The notes: generated by a model not told the origin, from the sequence alone. DNA of 64,000 nucleotides from an uncultured Gammaproteobacteria bacterium (GCA_964348825.1 CAYGDX010000002.1:195013-259012), one strand, 5' to 3'. Shown: positions 41,451-51,098, counted from the first letter of the stretch. A program made the numbers and translations.

Positions 41451-42276
41451 TGTAATTCTCCTCTGTTATTTTTTTAATCAACTCAATCACACCAGCCGTC
41501 CGTTTTTCTTTGGCTATAAACTGACAGCAAGCTTTAAAATCGGAGCTAGCATTCGCGACGCCACAATGAATGATCTTTTTGTCACCTAGATAATCGGACA
41601 TGCTATTTCCTATCATATAAATGACATTACTATCCACCGTAAATTGCTCCGTAGCTATACTTTTTTCTGTTAGCCTGTGGTGAATTATGCAGATTCCATA
41701 TAAAATATTTTTATCAATATTCCATTGGCATTCTACGCCATTCTCTACACCAATCTCCAATAGAATATTCACTACTTCATCCAAACTTCTAGTAGTGGTT
41801 TGCCATTTATTATCCACTCGTTCACGAACATAACATGAAAAGCTTCGTAATCGCAGCGAATTAATTAATATTGACACTTGTGGTAATACTTCAACAGCTG
41901 AATACGAAGGGAGTTTGTTTGCTATAGTATTAACACTTCCTGTAACAACTAGATACTTGTTGTCATCCATTAGCCTCTCCACCACTTTCTTACGAAATGT
42001 AAAGAAATATTCTGCCTCCTTGATGGTATAAAATGGCTCACAAGCGATATTGGCTAATATTACGCCACCCTTCTCAGCTATAATTGGACCTTTCATTCCC
42101 CATAATTCAGCTTGATGCTGTAAGGTCATTAATGATGAGTCAGAATTGAGACCTATCTCATACCCTCTAGTTTGCGCTCTTGCAACAGCGGCTTTTAATA
42201 CTGAATGACTTACTGTCAATTTATAATTTTTATCCGTCAATGTTTCATCAACATCGATTAAAATAATTTTTCTCAT
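41443..42276 (-). CDS. HAD superfamily hydrolase (phosphatase)
   Basis: Motif I ILIDVDETLTD, motif IV MIGNSMSDY. Confidence 0.65.
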   Translation of the reverse strand: MRKIILIDVDETLTDKNYKLTVSHSVLKAAVARAQTRGYEIGLNSDSSLMTLQHQAELWGMKGPIIAEKGGVILANIACEPFYTIKEAEYFFTFRKKVVERLMDDNKYLVVTGSVNTIANKLPSYSAVEVLPQVSILINSLRLRSFSCYVRERVDNKWQTTTRSLDEVVNILLEIGVENGVECQWNIDKNILYGICIIHHRLTEKSIATEQFTVDSNVIYMIGNSMSDYLGDKKIIHCGVANASSDFKACCQFIAKEKRTAGVIELIKKITEENYNA

Positions 42277-42285
42277 GCTTGTTCC

Positions 42286-43227
42286 TTATGATATAGCTCT
42301 TGTTAGAGCAATGGTGGCCTGTTGACCGTAAATAATTGCCTGCTGTATATCTGTATTACGACGGACATACGCAGAAAGAATTAATTGTAAAGCTTTGCCT
42401 AATTCAAGCATTTGCTCTATGTTATAGCGTTTACACCCCAATACCTTAGGTAGAGTGTTTAATGCAAAATTACTCAACATTTCAACGCCTTCACTAGAAT
42501 TAGGTAAATGATAAATATCACGTGCAGATACAATGAACTGCCCAATACTAATTGCGGTATGCCCTAAATAAGTATTCTGCCGCCAGGGGTCAATATAAGT
42601 AATTCCATCAGCCTTAAGAAATATGTTATCCGGCGTAAAATCCAATAGAAATAATGCCACATAATCGCTGGGTACTTCTACTATTGGATCATTAATTAGG
42701 TCAAAAAAATTTGCTGGTAATATTCCAGAAATCTCTTTGGCAAATGACCGAATATAATTTATTGTTTCTGTAATAGACTTTTTGCCATATTGACCACCAA
42801 AATCGTACCTAACAGTTAGCGTAGTAAGTTTCTCCACAGAGCTTTGTAAAAGATTAAAACACTCAATACTTGATTGACTTGCTATCTTAAAACAAGGTTC
42901 TAAATAACGCATAACTAATACTGTTAAGCCATCTACTATTTTCACCGCATAATCATTCGGAATTAAAATACTCGCACCTATTTTTTTGATTCCAGCATAA
43001 CCAACTATATTGTCCTTCAAATGATTCAAATCCGGAGGATTAGTTTCTGAAAGATAAAATTTTGCTACAAATTCTACTCCGTCTGATACTCGCTGCAATT
43101 TAATAATAGAGGCATTAGTGTGCCCTCCATTAATATCGGCTACATAACGTAATCCTAATTGCCATTCGAGTTGAGCAATAAAGTCATGGAATATTCTAAG
43201 CTTTTTTTTTCGATTGTTAAAATTCAT
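42286..43227 (-). CDS. Protein-kinase-like fold phosphotransferase (APH/choline-kinase-like)
   Basis: Catalytic-loop-like LLDFTPDNIFL and YIDPW (Brenner / DxxxxN ... IDxE-type). Confidence 0.45.
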   Translation of the reverse strand: MNFNNRKKKLRIFHDFIAQLEWQLGLRYVADINGGHTNASIIKLQRVSDGVEFVAKFYLSETNPPDLNHLKDNIVGYAGIKKIGASILIPNDYAVKIVDGLTVLVMRYLEPCFKIASQSSIECFNLLQSSVEKLTTLTVRYDFGGQYGKKSITETINYIRSFAKEISGILPANFFDLINDPIVEVPSDYVALFLLDFTPDNIFLKADGITYIDPWRQNTYLGHTAISIGQFIVSARDIYHLPNSSEGVEMLSNFALNTLPKVLGCKRYNIEQMLELGKALQLILSAYVRRNTDIQQAIIYGQQATIALTRAIS

Positions 43228-43270
43228 TTTTTCTCTTTCAAAAATATGTTTTTATTTTCGGGTTTATAAA

Positions 43271-43304
43271 GATAACCCCTTCCCAAACTTGAGAAGGGGT
43301 TATC
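43271..43304 (-). terminator. Terminator-like hairpin downstream of the HAD gene at 43349-44128
   Basis: gataaccccttcccaaacttgagaaggggttatc followed by a T-rich run on the minus strand. Confidence 0.5.
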
Positions 43305-43348
43305 TTAAAAAAATATTAAAACAACCCTTTCTCAAGTTCATTAAAAAA

Positions 43349-44128
43349 CTATAAATTATTTTTATCAATATATTGTAAAATTTCTACCACGCCTTGGGTG
43401 TACAATTTTTTAGCAACATATATAGCCTTATTTTTCAATTTTTTCTCTGCATTACCAACTGCAAAAAATGCATCTACTACTCGCTGTGTTGACAAATCTG
43501 CTGAATCGTCACCGATCATAAATAACTTCGTCTTAGAAAAATATTTCTTACGAAGAATTGTTAGTGCTCTGCCTTTATCCATCAACCGCGGACTGATCAA
43601 AACATTTGAGAATATTGGTGATACCTGAACATTATATTTAAATTTCGAATCTCTTTTGAGTAATCGCTTTAACCTTATAGCTGCTTTATAATCTCTTTTG
43701 CCATATGTAAAGACATGAATACTGGCAGTCCATTTACGATATTTATTAATAGCCCAAACCAAAGGTATTGATTTAAATTTATCGAAAGGATAATTTACTG
43801 TATCCACTAATTTTATAACCGCGCCATTCTGAACTGCTAAATTATTTAATCTATCAACTATTTGTTCGCGAATAACTCGACTTTTAACCAGAAAGAATTG
43901 TTTATTTTGAAAAAAATAAACTACGCCACCCTCACCAATTATTGGCCCATTAATACCAAGTAATTTGCTGATTAATTTTAAATCCCGTTCCGACCGATTA
44001 GAATTCAAACCAAATAAATATCCCTTTTTTGAAAGTTTTCTAATATACTTTTGTACCAACCTCGAGTTCATTGTATAATCGGGCTTTAATAGTGTTCCAT
44101 CTATATCAAAAAATAAAAGGGTTTTCAT
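43349..44128 (-). CDS. HAD superfamily hydrolase (HAD-IIB-like phosphatase)
   Basis: Motif I LLFFDIDGTLLKPD, motif IV MIGDDSADL. Confidence 0.65.
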   Translation of the reverse strand: MKTLLFFDIDGTLLKPDYTMNSRLVQKYIRKLSKKGYLFGLNSNRSERDLKLISKLLGINGPIIGEGGVVYFFQNKQFFLVKSRVIREQIVDRLNNLAVQNGAVIKLVDTVNYPFDKFKSIPLVWAINKYRKWTASIHVFTYGKRDYKAAIRLKRLLKRDSKFKYNVQVSPIFSNVLISPRLMDKGRALTILRKKYFSKTKLFMIGDDSADLSTQRVVDAFFAVGNAEKKLKNKAIYVAKKLYTQGVVEILQYIDKNNL

Positions 44129-44676
44129 ATATTTTTAATTTTAGCAATCTGTTTAATAACTATTGCTACTGCTTCTTGAGCTGTTTTAGCAGATATTATT
44201 TTTATTTTTTTTCTATCATCTAGGTATTGGTTAGCTAGTTTTTCGCTCCATCCACCACTATTTTGTAACACAACTATTGGAATACTGGCTTGATATGCTA
44301 TGGCGATTTCTGTGAGTGTGCCTGAACCACCATTAAGTGCAATAATTGCATCACAACTCAAAATCAAAGCTAATTCTCGACCACCACCTCTTTCCAAACC
44401 GCTAGCTATTACCACATCCACGTTATTTTTCTCAAAAATATCCAACCCCTTACCATAGGTCACACCAACAGTTAAACCTCCAGCTTTTTTAGCTCCACGA
44501 CAAGCCGCTGTTGACAATGAATCATAGTCTTTCTCAGCGCCAAACATTAAAGTAGCACCATTTTTCGCAATCCAATAACCAACCTCTTCAGCCGCTTTTT
44601 GCAACTGTTTAGTATATTTAAGATCGGCACTGGAGCCCATAACACCAATTTGTATTTTTCTAAAATTCTTATTCAT
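44125..44676 (-). CDS. LOG-family / TIGR00725-like protein (SLOG fold; nucleotide 5'-monophosphate nucleosidase-like)
   Basis: IGVMGSS, then GG...G in RGAKKAGGLTVGV, then ALNGGSGTLTEI, matching LOG motifs GGGxGxMG and PGGxGTxEE. Confidence 0.6.
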   Translation of the reverse strand: MNKNFRKIQIGVMGSSADLKYTKQLQKAAEEVGYWIAKNGATLMFGAEKDYDSLSTAACRGAKKAGGLTVGVTYGKGLDIFEKNNVDVVIASGLERGGGRELALILSCDAIIALNGGSGTLTEIAIAYQASIPIVVLQNSGGWSEKLANQYLDDRKKIKIISAKTAQEAVAIVIKQIAKIKNI

Positions 44677-44744
44677 ATAATAAAAAATAATAATTAAAAT
44701 TCTTCCTTATACCAAATAATGAAGGTTCACGAACTAGTATAAAG

Positions 44745-44772
44745 ATGGGAGAAAATAATTAATCTCTCCCAT
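44745..44772 (-). terminator. Hairpin between the two sub-operons of the cluster
   Basis: atgggagaaaataattaatctctcccat. Confidence 0.35.
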
Positions 44773-44798
44773 GTTAAATATTTAATTTTCTACTTCTT

Positions 44799-45767
44799 TT
44801 AATTATTTAATTTTAATCCTTGTATCATGCGTTCACGGTCATATAAATCCGCCGTTTGTTCCCGAGGAAACAAATATGGATTTACTCCCATAAGCCATAC
44901 TGAATCAGATTCGGCCTTAAGCATTAATGGGTTATGTCGAGGAGATACAATAGCCGTACTATTACCCGTCACAAAGTAACGAACCAACGGATCAATTAAC
45001 CTTACTGGTCTCGTAGTATATTGAGCCAAAACTTCGCCCGTAAATTGAAATCGTTCAGTATCAATCCTAAATTCTGATTCCGAAACAATTATAGTTTTTT
45101 CCTCCTTAGCCAAATCTGCTAAGATTAACAATCCTTCTGCGCCTTTTAAACTAGCCATTTGAACTTGAGAAGGTGTTATACTTTTACTAACTTCCATTTT
45201 CAAAACGTTTAATAGCTGAGTGGCACTGGTTGTTAATGATAATGTTTGAGATGTTCCTTCGCTTATTTTATTAATTACTGATTTGCTGACCGCTACCGCA
45301 AACACCGTATAGCCAACTTGATAAATTGGCAGTGAGTATTTAAGTGCCAACTGTGCCACAAATGGCGGTATCAGCATATTATGAAATGCTTCAATGCCAT
45401 TTTCAAGTAACACATTTGCCGCTTCTTCCTGCACCGTAATGCAGAACGGCTCACCACTTAGTGTTACTCCGCCAAAAAAGGAAAATCGTTCGTCATCTCT
45501 CATATGACTATAGAGAAATTGATCAAAATCGTGAGATTGTGGATTTGCTCTAAAGATATAAAATTCAGGTCGATTAATTGACCCATTCGGATGCGGTAGA
45601 GCTAAACTATTACCACTGCGAAATGGCCATTTTTTTAAACCAATCTCTTTTCCATAATAAATCCGTAGATCTCCATGGTTATCACCAACTCTACTTGGTA
45701 AATCAGATGATTTTTCCACCAAAGTTAAAGATGTGTTTCCAGAAATTATTTGTTTCATACAAACCAC
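44799..45767 (-). CDS. Hypothetical protein (322 aa)
   Basis: ORF in an operon-like arrangement; no motif recognised. Confidence 0.4.
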   Translation of the reverse strand: MVCMKQIISGNTSLTLVEKSSDLPSRVGDNHGDLRIYYGKEIGLKKWPFRSGNSLALPHPNGSINRPEFYIFRANPQSHDFDQFLYSHMRDDERFSFFGGVTLSGEPFCITVQEEAANVLLENGIEAFHNMLIPPFVAQLALKYSLPIYQVGYTVFAVAVSKSVINKISEGTSQTLSLTTSATQLLNVLKMEVSKSITPSQVQMASLKGAEGLLILADLAKEEKTIIVSESEFRIDTERFQFTGEVLAQYTTRPVRLIDPLVRYFVTGNSTAIVSPRHNPLMLKAESDSVWLMGVNPYLFPREQTADLYDRERMIQGLKLNN

Positions 45768-45813
45768 CTATTCTATTTTTGATTGATTGTTATTTATTTT
45801 TAATTTTCTACAA

Positions 45814-46551
45814 CTACCAACGGGCGCCTATTTTACTAGGCGGTGTTGTTTTTATGTGACGTTTGACAGTGTATTCTAGTTCCATAATCCTAGCATGTGG
45901 TACCAGAACGCGATAAACTTTCCAGAATTTTTTTTTAATCTGGCTAGACAAACTATCAAACGTCGGCTCATAGTGTATAAATTCTGTTATTTCATGATTA
46001 GGTCTTGCCGGCCGTTTTCGAAAGCAGTCAGTAAACACATCACTACCAACTTCAATCTTTTGTGAGTCAAAGTCCACTGTTAAAAAAATTGAAGAATAAA
46101 TACCACGATGATCTCTAAAACCAGCCCATTTTTCTTTTTTTTCTGCTTCCGGTGGTTTCATAAAACGATCATCTGGCGATTGAAGTAGATTTTTATAAAT
46201 AGTAATTTTATTGCCGAAGTATTCATCACTACCTGCTTCAGACCACACCACCTGCACATTAAAAAATTCCTTACTAGCAATATTTTTCTTTACCCCCAAA
46301 GAAACTACTATCTCATTTATTTTTTTCTCAAACAATTTTGGCAATGTTGCATCTAATTTAGATTCCGCCAAAAAACAAAGCACTGGAATCATTATATTAG
46401 CGTACATTTTATTATTTATTACCGGCGAAAAATAATACTGGACTATTCTACGACCAATTTTGAAGCAAATAATCATGCCGATTGCCGATCCAGTTGCATA
46501 AGCAGTATTTTCATAGCATCTCCTAAGAGTATCTCTATATCGTTTTTTCAT
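45814..46551 (-). CDS. Hypothetical protein (245 aa)
   Basis: ORF only. Confidence 0.4.
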   Translation of the reverse strand: MKKRYRDTLRRCYENTAYATGSAIGMIICFKIGRRIVQYYFSPVINNKMYANIMIPVLCFLAESKLDATLPKLFEKKINEIVVSLGVKKNIASKEFFNVQVVWSEAGSDEYFGNKITIYKNLLQSPDDRFMKPPEAEKKEKWAGFRDHRGIYSSIFLTVDFDSQKIEVGSDVFTDCFRKRPARPNHEITEFIHYEPTFDSLSSQIKKKFWKVYRVLVPHARIMELEYTVKRHIKTTPPSKIGARW

Positions 46552-46599
46552 AACGACTCCTATTTTATTAATTAATAACTTTTATAAGGATATACATTT

Positions 46600-47046
46600 C
46601 TATTCTGATGGTATTTTTACATGTTTTATATTCCAACCATATGTTTCACGTCGATAAATTTTTTTACCAAACTTAGTTAACTTCCAATTATTACTCCATA
46701 TCTGAGGCATAAGGTCACATGCCATACAATTCTCACATATTTCAATTACCTTTTTTTTAAAATCAATTGAAATAGATTGGTCATATAAAAGTTCTTTACA
46801 TTCAATATGAAAAGGACAATTATATTTTTCATTCCATGAAGCTATAATTCGACGGTACACGAGCTCCCCGTTATAAATTTCTTGCTCAAATTTATTAATT
46901 TGATCCTCCAAAGATTCAACGGTCAAATCATTTTTCGTTGCTAGAAACTCAATTATTGGCTGAGTCAATAAATACCCACTACTCCAAATAGCTACTTGAA
47001 TAATACAGCCGTCAAGCCTCCGGTAAGTTATACAACCTTGGGTCAT
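46600..47046 (-). CDS. Hypothetical Cys-rich protein (148 aa), possibly metal-binding
   Basis: Cys clusters CPFHIEC and CENCMAC. Confidence 0.4.
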   Translation of the reverse strand: MTQGCITYRRLDGCIIQVAIWSSGYLLTQPIIEFLATKNDLTVESLEDQINKFEQEIYNGELVYRRIIASWNEKYNCPFHIECKELLYDQSISIDFKKKVIEICENCMACDLMPQIWSNNWKLTKFGKKIYRRETYGWNIKHVKIPSE

Positions 47047-47122
47047 AGTGTTTGCCTTTCATGAAATTCTACAGTGTTCATAATTTTATCTTTCCTTTTT
47101 TAATTATTTAATTGTAAATGAA

Positions 47123-47149
47123 CAACCCCTCTCACTTTGAGAGGGGTTG
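47123..47149. other. Stable hairpin caacccctctcactttgagaggggttg in the leader between operator site 2 and the first cluster gene
   Basis: Seen directly. Related to the hairpin at 43271-43304. Confidence 0.5.
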
Positions 47150-47260
47150 GGAATGGTGTTTAATAAAATTACACAGCACTCCTCACCGCTTCAAGCGAGA
47201 GTTAAAAACTAAATTGTGATGATGATTAATTAATAAACTCATAAAATTGTTATTTTTCTT

Positions 47261-47287
47261 TGTATCAACGTGTTAACACATTGATAC
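47261..47287. promoter_or_regulatory. Palindromic operator-like site 2 (TGTATCAACGTGTTAACACATTGATAC)
   Basis: Differs from site 1 at one position; GTGTTAACAC core. Confidence 0.55.
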
Positions 47288-47320
47288 TGTTATAAAAATG
47301 ATTAAAATTAACTAATTAAA

Positions 47321-47620
47321 TTACTTTAGTAGCCCAAGTCGCGCGAGGACTAACTTGTATCCACCCATTCCCTGATTCAACCATTGGGCTACACGAGCTA
47401 CAGTAGTAGTGCTCATACCTAATTCTTTAGCAATTTCTCGGTAATCGCGGTCACGCGCCAGCATTTTTACAGCTTGAAAGCGATCTGACATATCTACCAA
47501 TTCATCAGGTGTGCACAAATCACGCATAAAACGCTTAATTTCGTCTTTGGTCTTCAATTTAAGCATAGCGGTAAATAATTCATCCGCCGCCGCACTATTC
47601 CACTTTTTAGCTTTTTTCAT
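47321..47620 (-). CDS. yerC: YerC/YecD family TrpR-like DNA-binding protein
   Basis: 99 aa. ...ELFTAMLKLKTKDEIKRFMRDLCTPDELVDMSDRFQAVKMLARDRDYREIAKELGMSTTTVARV... closely follows the YerC/YecD family pattern. Confidence 0.8.
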   Translation of the reverse strand: MKKAKKWNSAAADELFTAMLKLKTKDEIKRFMRDLCTPDELVDMSDRFQAVKMLARDRDYREIAKELGMSTTTVARVAQWLNQGMGGYKLVLARLGLLK

Positions 47621-47648
47621 ACAATTACAAATAAATCATTAAAATACT

Positions 47649-47677
47649 CTGTATCACTGTGTTAACACACTAACACA
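47649..47677. promoter_or_regulatory. Operator-like site 3 (CTGTATCACTGTGTTAACACACTAACACA) in the divergent yerC / glyA promoter region
   Basis: Left arm TGTATCA and core GTGTTAACAC are conserved; the right arm is diverged. Confidence 0.45.
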
Positions 47678-47782
47678 AGTTATTTTAACTGTCAAACTAT
47701 TACCTGTGGATAACTCAATTTATCCTTAAAAACACCACTAAAATGGACAAAACTACTAAAACACGCTAATATAAAAACACTT

Positions 47783-49066
47783 ATGCTAAAGCAATTTGAC
47801 CCACAATTAAAATCGTTAATTAATTCCGAACTCACCCGCCAACGTGAGGGTTTGGAAATGATTCCGAGTGAAAATTTTACCTCACTCGCTGTGATGGAAG
47901 CGCTTGGCTCAATCCTCACTAATAAATATTCTGAAGGTTATCCAGGTAAACGTTATTATGGGGGTAATCAATTTATTGATGAAGTAGAAAATTTAGCGCG
48001 CGACCGAGCTAAAGAACTCTTTGGCGTGGAGCACGTCAATGTTCAACCCTACTCTGGCTCACCAGCCAATATGGCAGTTTATTTTGCTTTACTTAATCCG
48101 GGTGACACTGTACTCGGGTTAGAACTAGCTCAAGGCGGGCATTTAACTCATGGCTATAAATTAAATTTTTCCGGCAAATACTATAGGGCAGTAAGTTATG
48201 GTGTTGATCCACAAACCCATTTACTAAATTATGATAGTATTCGCGAAATCGCACAACGCGAAAAACCAAAAATGATTATTTGTGGAGCCACGGCTTACCC
48301 GCGGCAAATTGATTTCGCTGCTTTCCGAAAAATCGCCGATGAAGTACAAGCTTATTTATTAGCCGACATTTCTCATATTTCTGGTTTAATAATTGCGGGT
48401 GCACACCCTTCACCTATTCCCTACGCTGACGTAGTAACCACCACTACTCACAAAACTTTACGCGGCCCACGTGGGGCGATGATTTTAGTACCTAAAGTTA
48501 TTGATCGTTTTCATGATCTTTATCACCCAACTTCCAAACGCAACTTAGCTGAATTAATTGATGCGGCAATTATCCCCGGGCTTCAAGGTGGTCCACATAA
48601 TCACCAAACCGCCGCTATTGCCGTAGCTATCAAAGAAGCATCTGCACCAGAATTTAAAAATTACGGCGCTCAAATTGTAAAAAATGCAAAAAGCTTAGCT
48701 GAATCACTAACTCAAAATGGCGCCAAACTTATTACTGGTGGTACCGATAATCATTTAATTTTAATGGACGTTTCGCCATTTAATTTATCTGGCAAACAAG
48801 CTGAAATTTTGCTGGATAGTATTGGTATTACTGTAAATAAAAATTTAATTCCTTATGATGCACGCCCACCGCTTGACCCATCGGGTATTCGTTTTGGCAC
48901 ACCAGCCCTTACCACTCGTGGATTTACCGAAAACGATATGACACAAATTGGTGAAATAATTAGTAGCATACTTAAAAATCCTGAATCAACTGATGTTAAA
49001 AATAAAGCTAAGCAAAAAATAAAAGAACTAACTGAATTACATCCACTTTATCCGGAATTAGTTTAA
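47783..49066 (+). CDS. glyA: Serine hydroxymethyltransferase
   Basis: PLP site TTTTHKTLRGPRG. 427 aa. Confidence 0.9.
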   Translation: MLKQFDPQLKSLINSELTRQREGLEMIPSENFTSLAVMEALGSILTNKYSEGYPGKRYYGGNQFIDEVENLARDRAKELFGVEHVNVQPYSGSPANMAVYFALLNPGDTVLGLELAQGGHLTHGYKLNFSGKYYRAVSYGVDPQTHLLNYDSIREIAQREKPKMIICGATAYPRQIDFAAFRKIADEVQAYLLADISHISGLIIAGAHPSPIPYADVVTTTTHKTLRGPRGAMILVPKVIDRFHDLYHPTSKRNLAELIDAAIIPGLQGGPHNHQTAAIAVAIKEASAPEFKNYGAQIVKNAKSLAESLTQNGAKLITGGTDNHLILMDVSPFNLSGKQAEILLDSIGITVNKNLIPYDARPPLDPSGIRFGTPALTTRGFTENDMTQIGEIISSILKNPESTDVKNKAKQKIKELTELHPLYPELV

Positions 49067-49072
49067 TAAATC

Positions 49073-49912
49073 ATGGCAATTTTAATCAACGGCCGGGCTT
49101 TGGCTGATACTCTACTACTAGAATTAAAAAATAAAATTAAAGAGCTATCATTTACTCCTACTTTAGGAGTTATTTTGATTGGTGATGACGAGGCCTCACA
49201 TTTATATGTAAACTTAAAAATCAAAGCAGCCGAAGAAGTTGGTATTAAAGTTGATAAGAAAATATTACCTAAAACTATAAGCGAAAATGAAGTGTTACAA
49301 ATTATTAATGACTTTAATTGTCGGATAGATATTAATGGTATTTTAATTCAATTACCACTACCTGATCCATTTGATGAAAATAAAATTATCAATGCCATGT
49401 CACCCGCCAAAGACGCTGATGGTTTTCATCCAACTAACTTAAAGTTACTAACTGAGAATAAACCCTACTTAATTCCCGGGCTCGTTGAAGGTATTATTAA
49501 ATTAATTGAACAACCCCAATTATCACTCCAAAATAAAACTGCTGTGCTGCTGGTAAATAGTGAAATTTTTGCGAATCCACTTAAAAAAATACTAAGTGAG
49601 CAAGGAATAATTTCTCAAGTCATTAATCAACCAAATTCTATTATTCTAAAAACAGCTGATATTATTGTATCAGCGCTTGGTCAACCTAATATAATAAAAA
49701 GTGATGACATAAAAGATGGCGCAATTGTAATAGATGTCGGCACAACTAAAGTTAATGGGCGTCTACAAGGCGATGTTGATGCTGATAGTTTAAATAATAG
49801 AAATATTTATTTAACACCAGTGCCGGGTGGAGTTGGGCCAATGACTGTGGCGATGCTACTTTGGAATGTTTATAATTTAACTGTTATCCAACATAAAATT
49901 ACCAATAAATAA
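49073..49912 (+). CDS. folD: Bifunctional methylenetetrahydrofolate dehydrogenase/cyclohydrolase
   Basis: 279 aa, FolD architecture. Immediately downstream of glyA. Confidence 0.85.
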   Translation: MAILINGRALADTLLLELKNKIKELSFTPTLGVILIGDDEASHLYVNLKIKAAEEVGIKVDKKILPKTISENEVLQIINDFNCRIDINGILIQLPLPDPFDENKIINAMSPAKDADGFHPTNLKLLTENKPYLIPGLVEGIIKLIEQPQLSLQNKTAVLLVNSEIFANPLKKILSEQGIISQVINQPNSIILKTADIIVSALGQPNIIKSDDIKDGAIVIDVGTTKVNGRLQGDVDADSLNNRNIYLTPVPGGVGPMTVAMLLWNVYNLTVIQHKITNK

Positions 49913-49925
49913 TAATTTATTTTCT

Positions 49926-49984
49926 CTGTGCCAATGTGTTAACCTAAGTACTACTAAGAGTACTGGGCACAGCACATTGGCACA
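49926..49984. terminator. Long hairpin between convergent folD and the riboflavin kinase gene; likely a bidirectional terminator
   Basis: ctgtgccaatgtg ... cacattggcaca stems with an internal agtact..agtact sub-palindrome. Contains the GTGTTAAC core. Confidence 0.5.
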
Positions 49985-49997
49985 ATAAACAAAAATA

Positions 49998-50369
49998 TCA
50001 CAAACCCAATATAATTTTGGTTTGTTTAATATCTTGCTCAATTTGTTTTTTTATATCTTCCAAATTAGTTGTGCGTATCACGTCGCGTAATTTTTGCACC
50101 ATTTCCACTTGTAAATTCTGTCCATATAGATCATCTGAAAAATCGAGTAAATAAACTTCTTGGCGTGGCTCGCCAGAAGCTTCTTGTTCTACACCAGATA
50201 CCAAAACTCCAGCATATTTTGTGTCGCCTAAAAAAACCCAAACTGCATAAATGCCAGTTTGGGCACGAAAGCTATCCTCAATTAATTTCAAATTAGCCGT
50301 AGGATAACCAATTTGTCTGCCCTCACCCTTACCCCGTATCACTCGGCCAGTTATTATTTCCTTAATCAT
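49998..50369 (-). CDS. Riboflavin kinase domain protein (monofunctional, no FAD synthetase domain)
   Basis: GRVIRGKGEGRQIGYPTANL ... pattern of the RibF C-terminal kinase domain. 123 aa. Confidence 0.65.
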   Translation of the reverse strand: MIKEIITGRVIRGKGEGRQIGYPTANLKLIEDSFRAQTGIYAVWVFLGDTKYAGVLVSGVEQEASGEPRQEVYLLDFSDDLYGQNLQVEMVQKLRDVIRTTNLEDIKKQIEQDIKQTKIILGL

Positions 50370-50994
50370 GGCGGCGCAAACTTAAATCATATTGAATATC
50401 TTCCAACTTTCGCAAATGTTGTTTAGCTTGATCAAATTTACTGCGCAAACTTCCAGTTAAATTCATAGCCGCAAGTTCCCCCACTGTTGCAGTTGCCACT
50501 TCTACTAAAATTTTGATTGTTTTTTTATCACCACCTGTCGCTTGCTTCACCGCATAACGTGCTAATTCTCCTAACAAATCAGAAATCGCTCCTAAATAAA
50601 CATCAGTTGGAATTTTATACCCCGTAACTGGCACGATTTTTTTAGTTTCTAAATAACTCACAAATAATTTAGCTTCCACATATTCTTCTAGCGCTGCTCG
50701 CCAACTGCCCAAGTATTCTATTTCCTCCACTTTTTTTAACACTGCCTTGCCATTTGTAAAAAATCCTTCTGATTTTTTAAGTAAAGTATTGGCTTCCACT
50801 AAATTATCGCGTTGCGCCGCAAAAATTGCCTGTTTAGCTAAAGCTTGAGCTTGATTGGCAAAATCAGATAATTGCCGCCTACCCGCCGCCGCTTTTTGAT
50901 AGGCCTTACCTAAATCATTTAAAAATTTTGTATTATTCATATGGTTAATATCACCAAGATACCACACTAACAACAAATTGCCAAATAAACTCAA
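50362..50994 (-). CDS. Hypothetical all-helical protein (translin-family-like?)
   Basis: 210-aa ORF overlapping the kinase gene by 8 nt; weak resemblance only. Confidence 0.35.
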   Translation of the reverse strand: MSLFGNLLLVWYLGDINHMNNTKFLNDLGKAYQKAAAGRRQLSDFANQAQALAKQAIFAAQRDNLVEANTLLKKSEGFFTNGKAVLKKVEEIEYLGSWRAALEEYVEAKLFVSYLETKKIVPVTGYKIPTDVYLGAISDLLGELARYAVKQATGGDKKTIKILVEVATATVGELAAMNLTGSLRSKFDQAKQHLRKLEDIQYDLSLRRHD

Positions 50995-51060
50995 AAAGAG
51001 GTATAATAAGATTGTTAAGTCAAAAGTAAAAACTTAAAACTATAAATAAAAAATTTTGAC

Positions 51061-51095
51061 TTTTGAATTTAGGATTTTGATATTCGGATTTAAAT
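51061..51095. repeat. Heptamer tract (GGATTT/TCGGATT family)
   Basis: ttttgaatttaggattttgatattcggatttaaat. Confidence 0.5.
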
Positions 51096-51098
51096 TTT

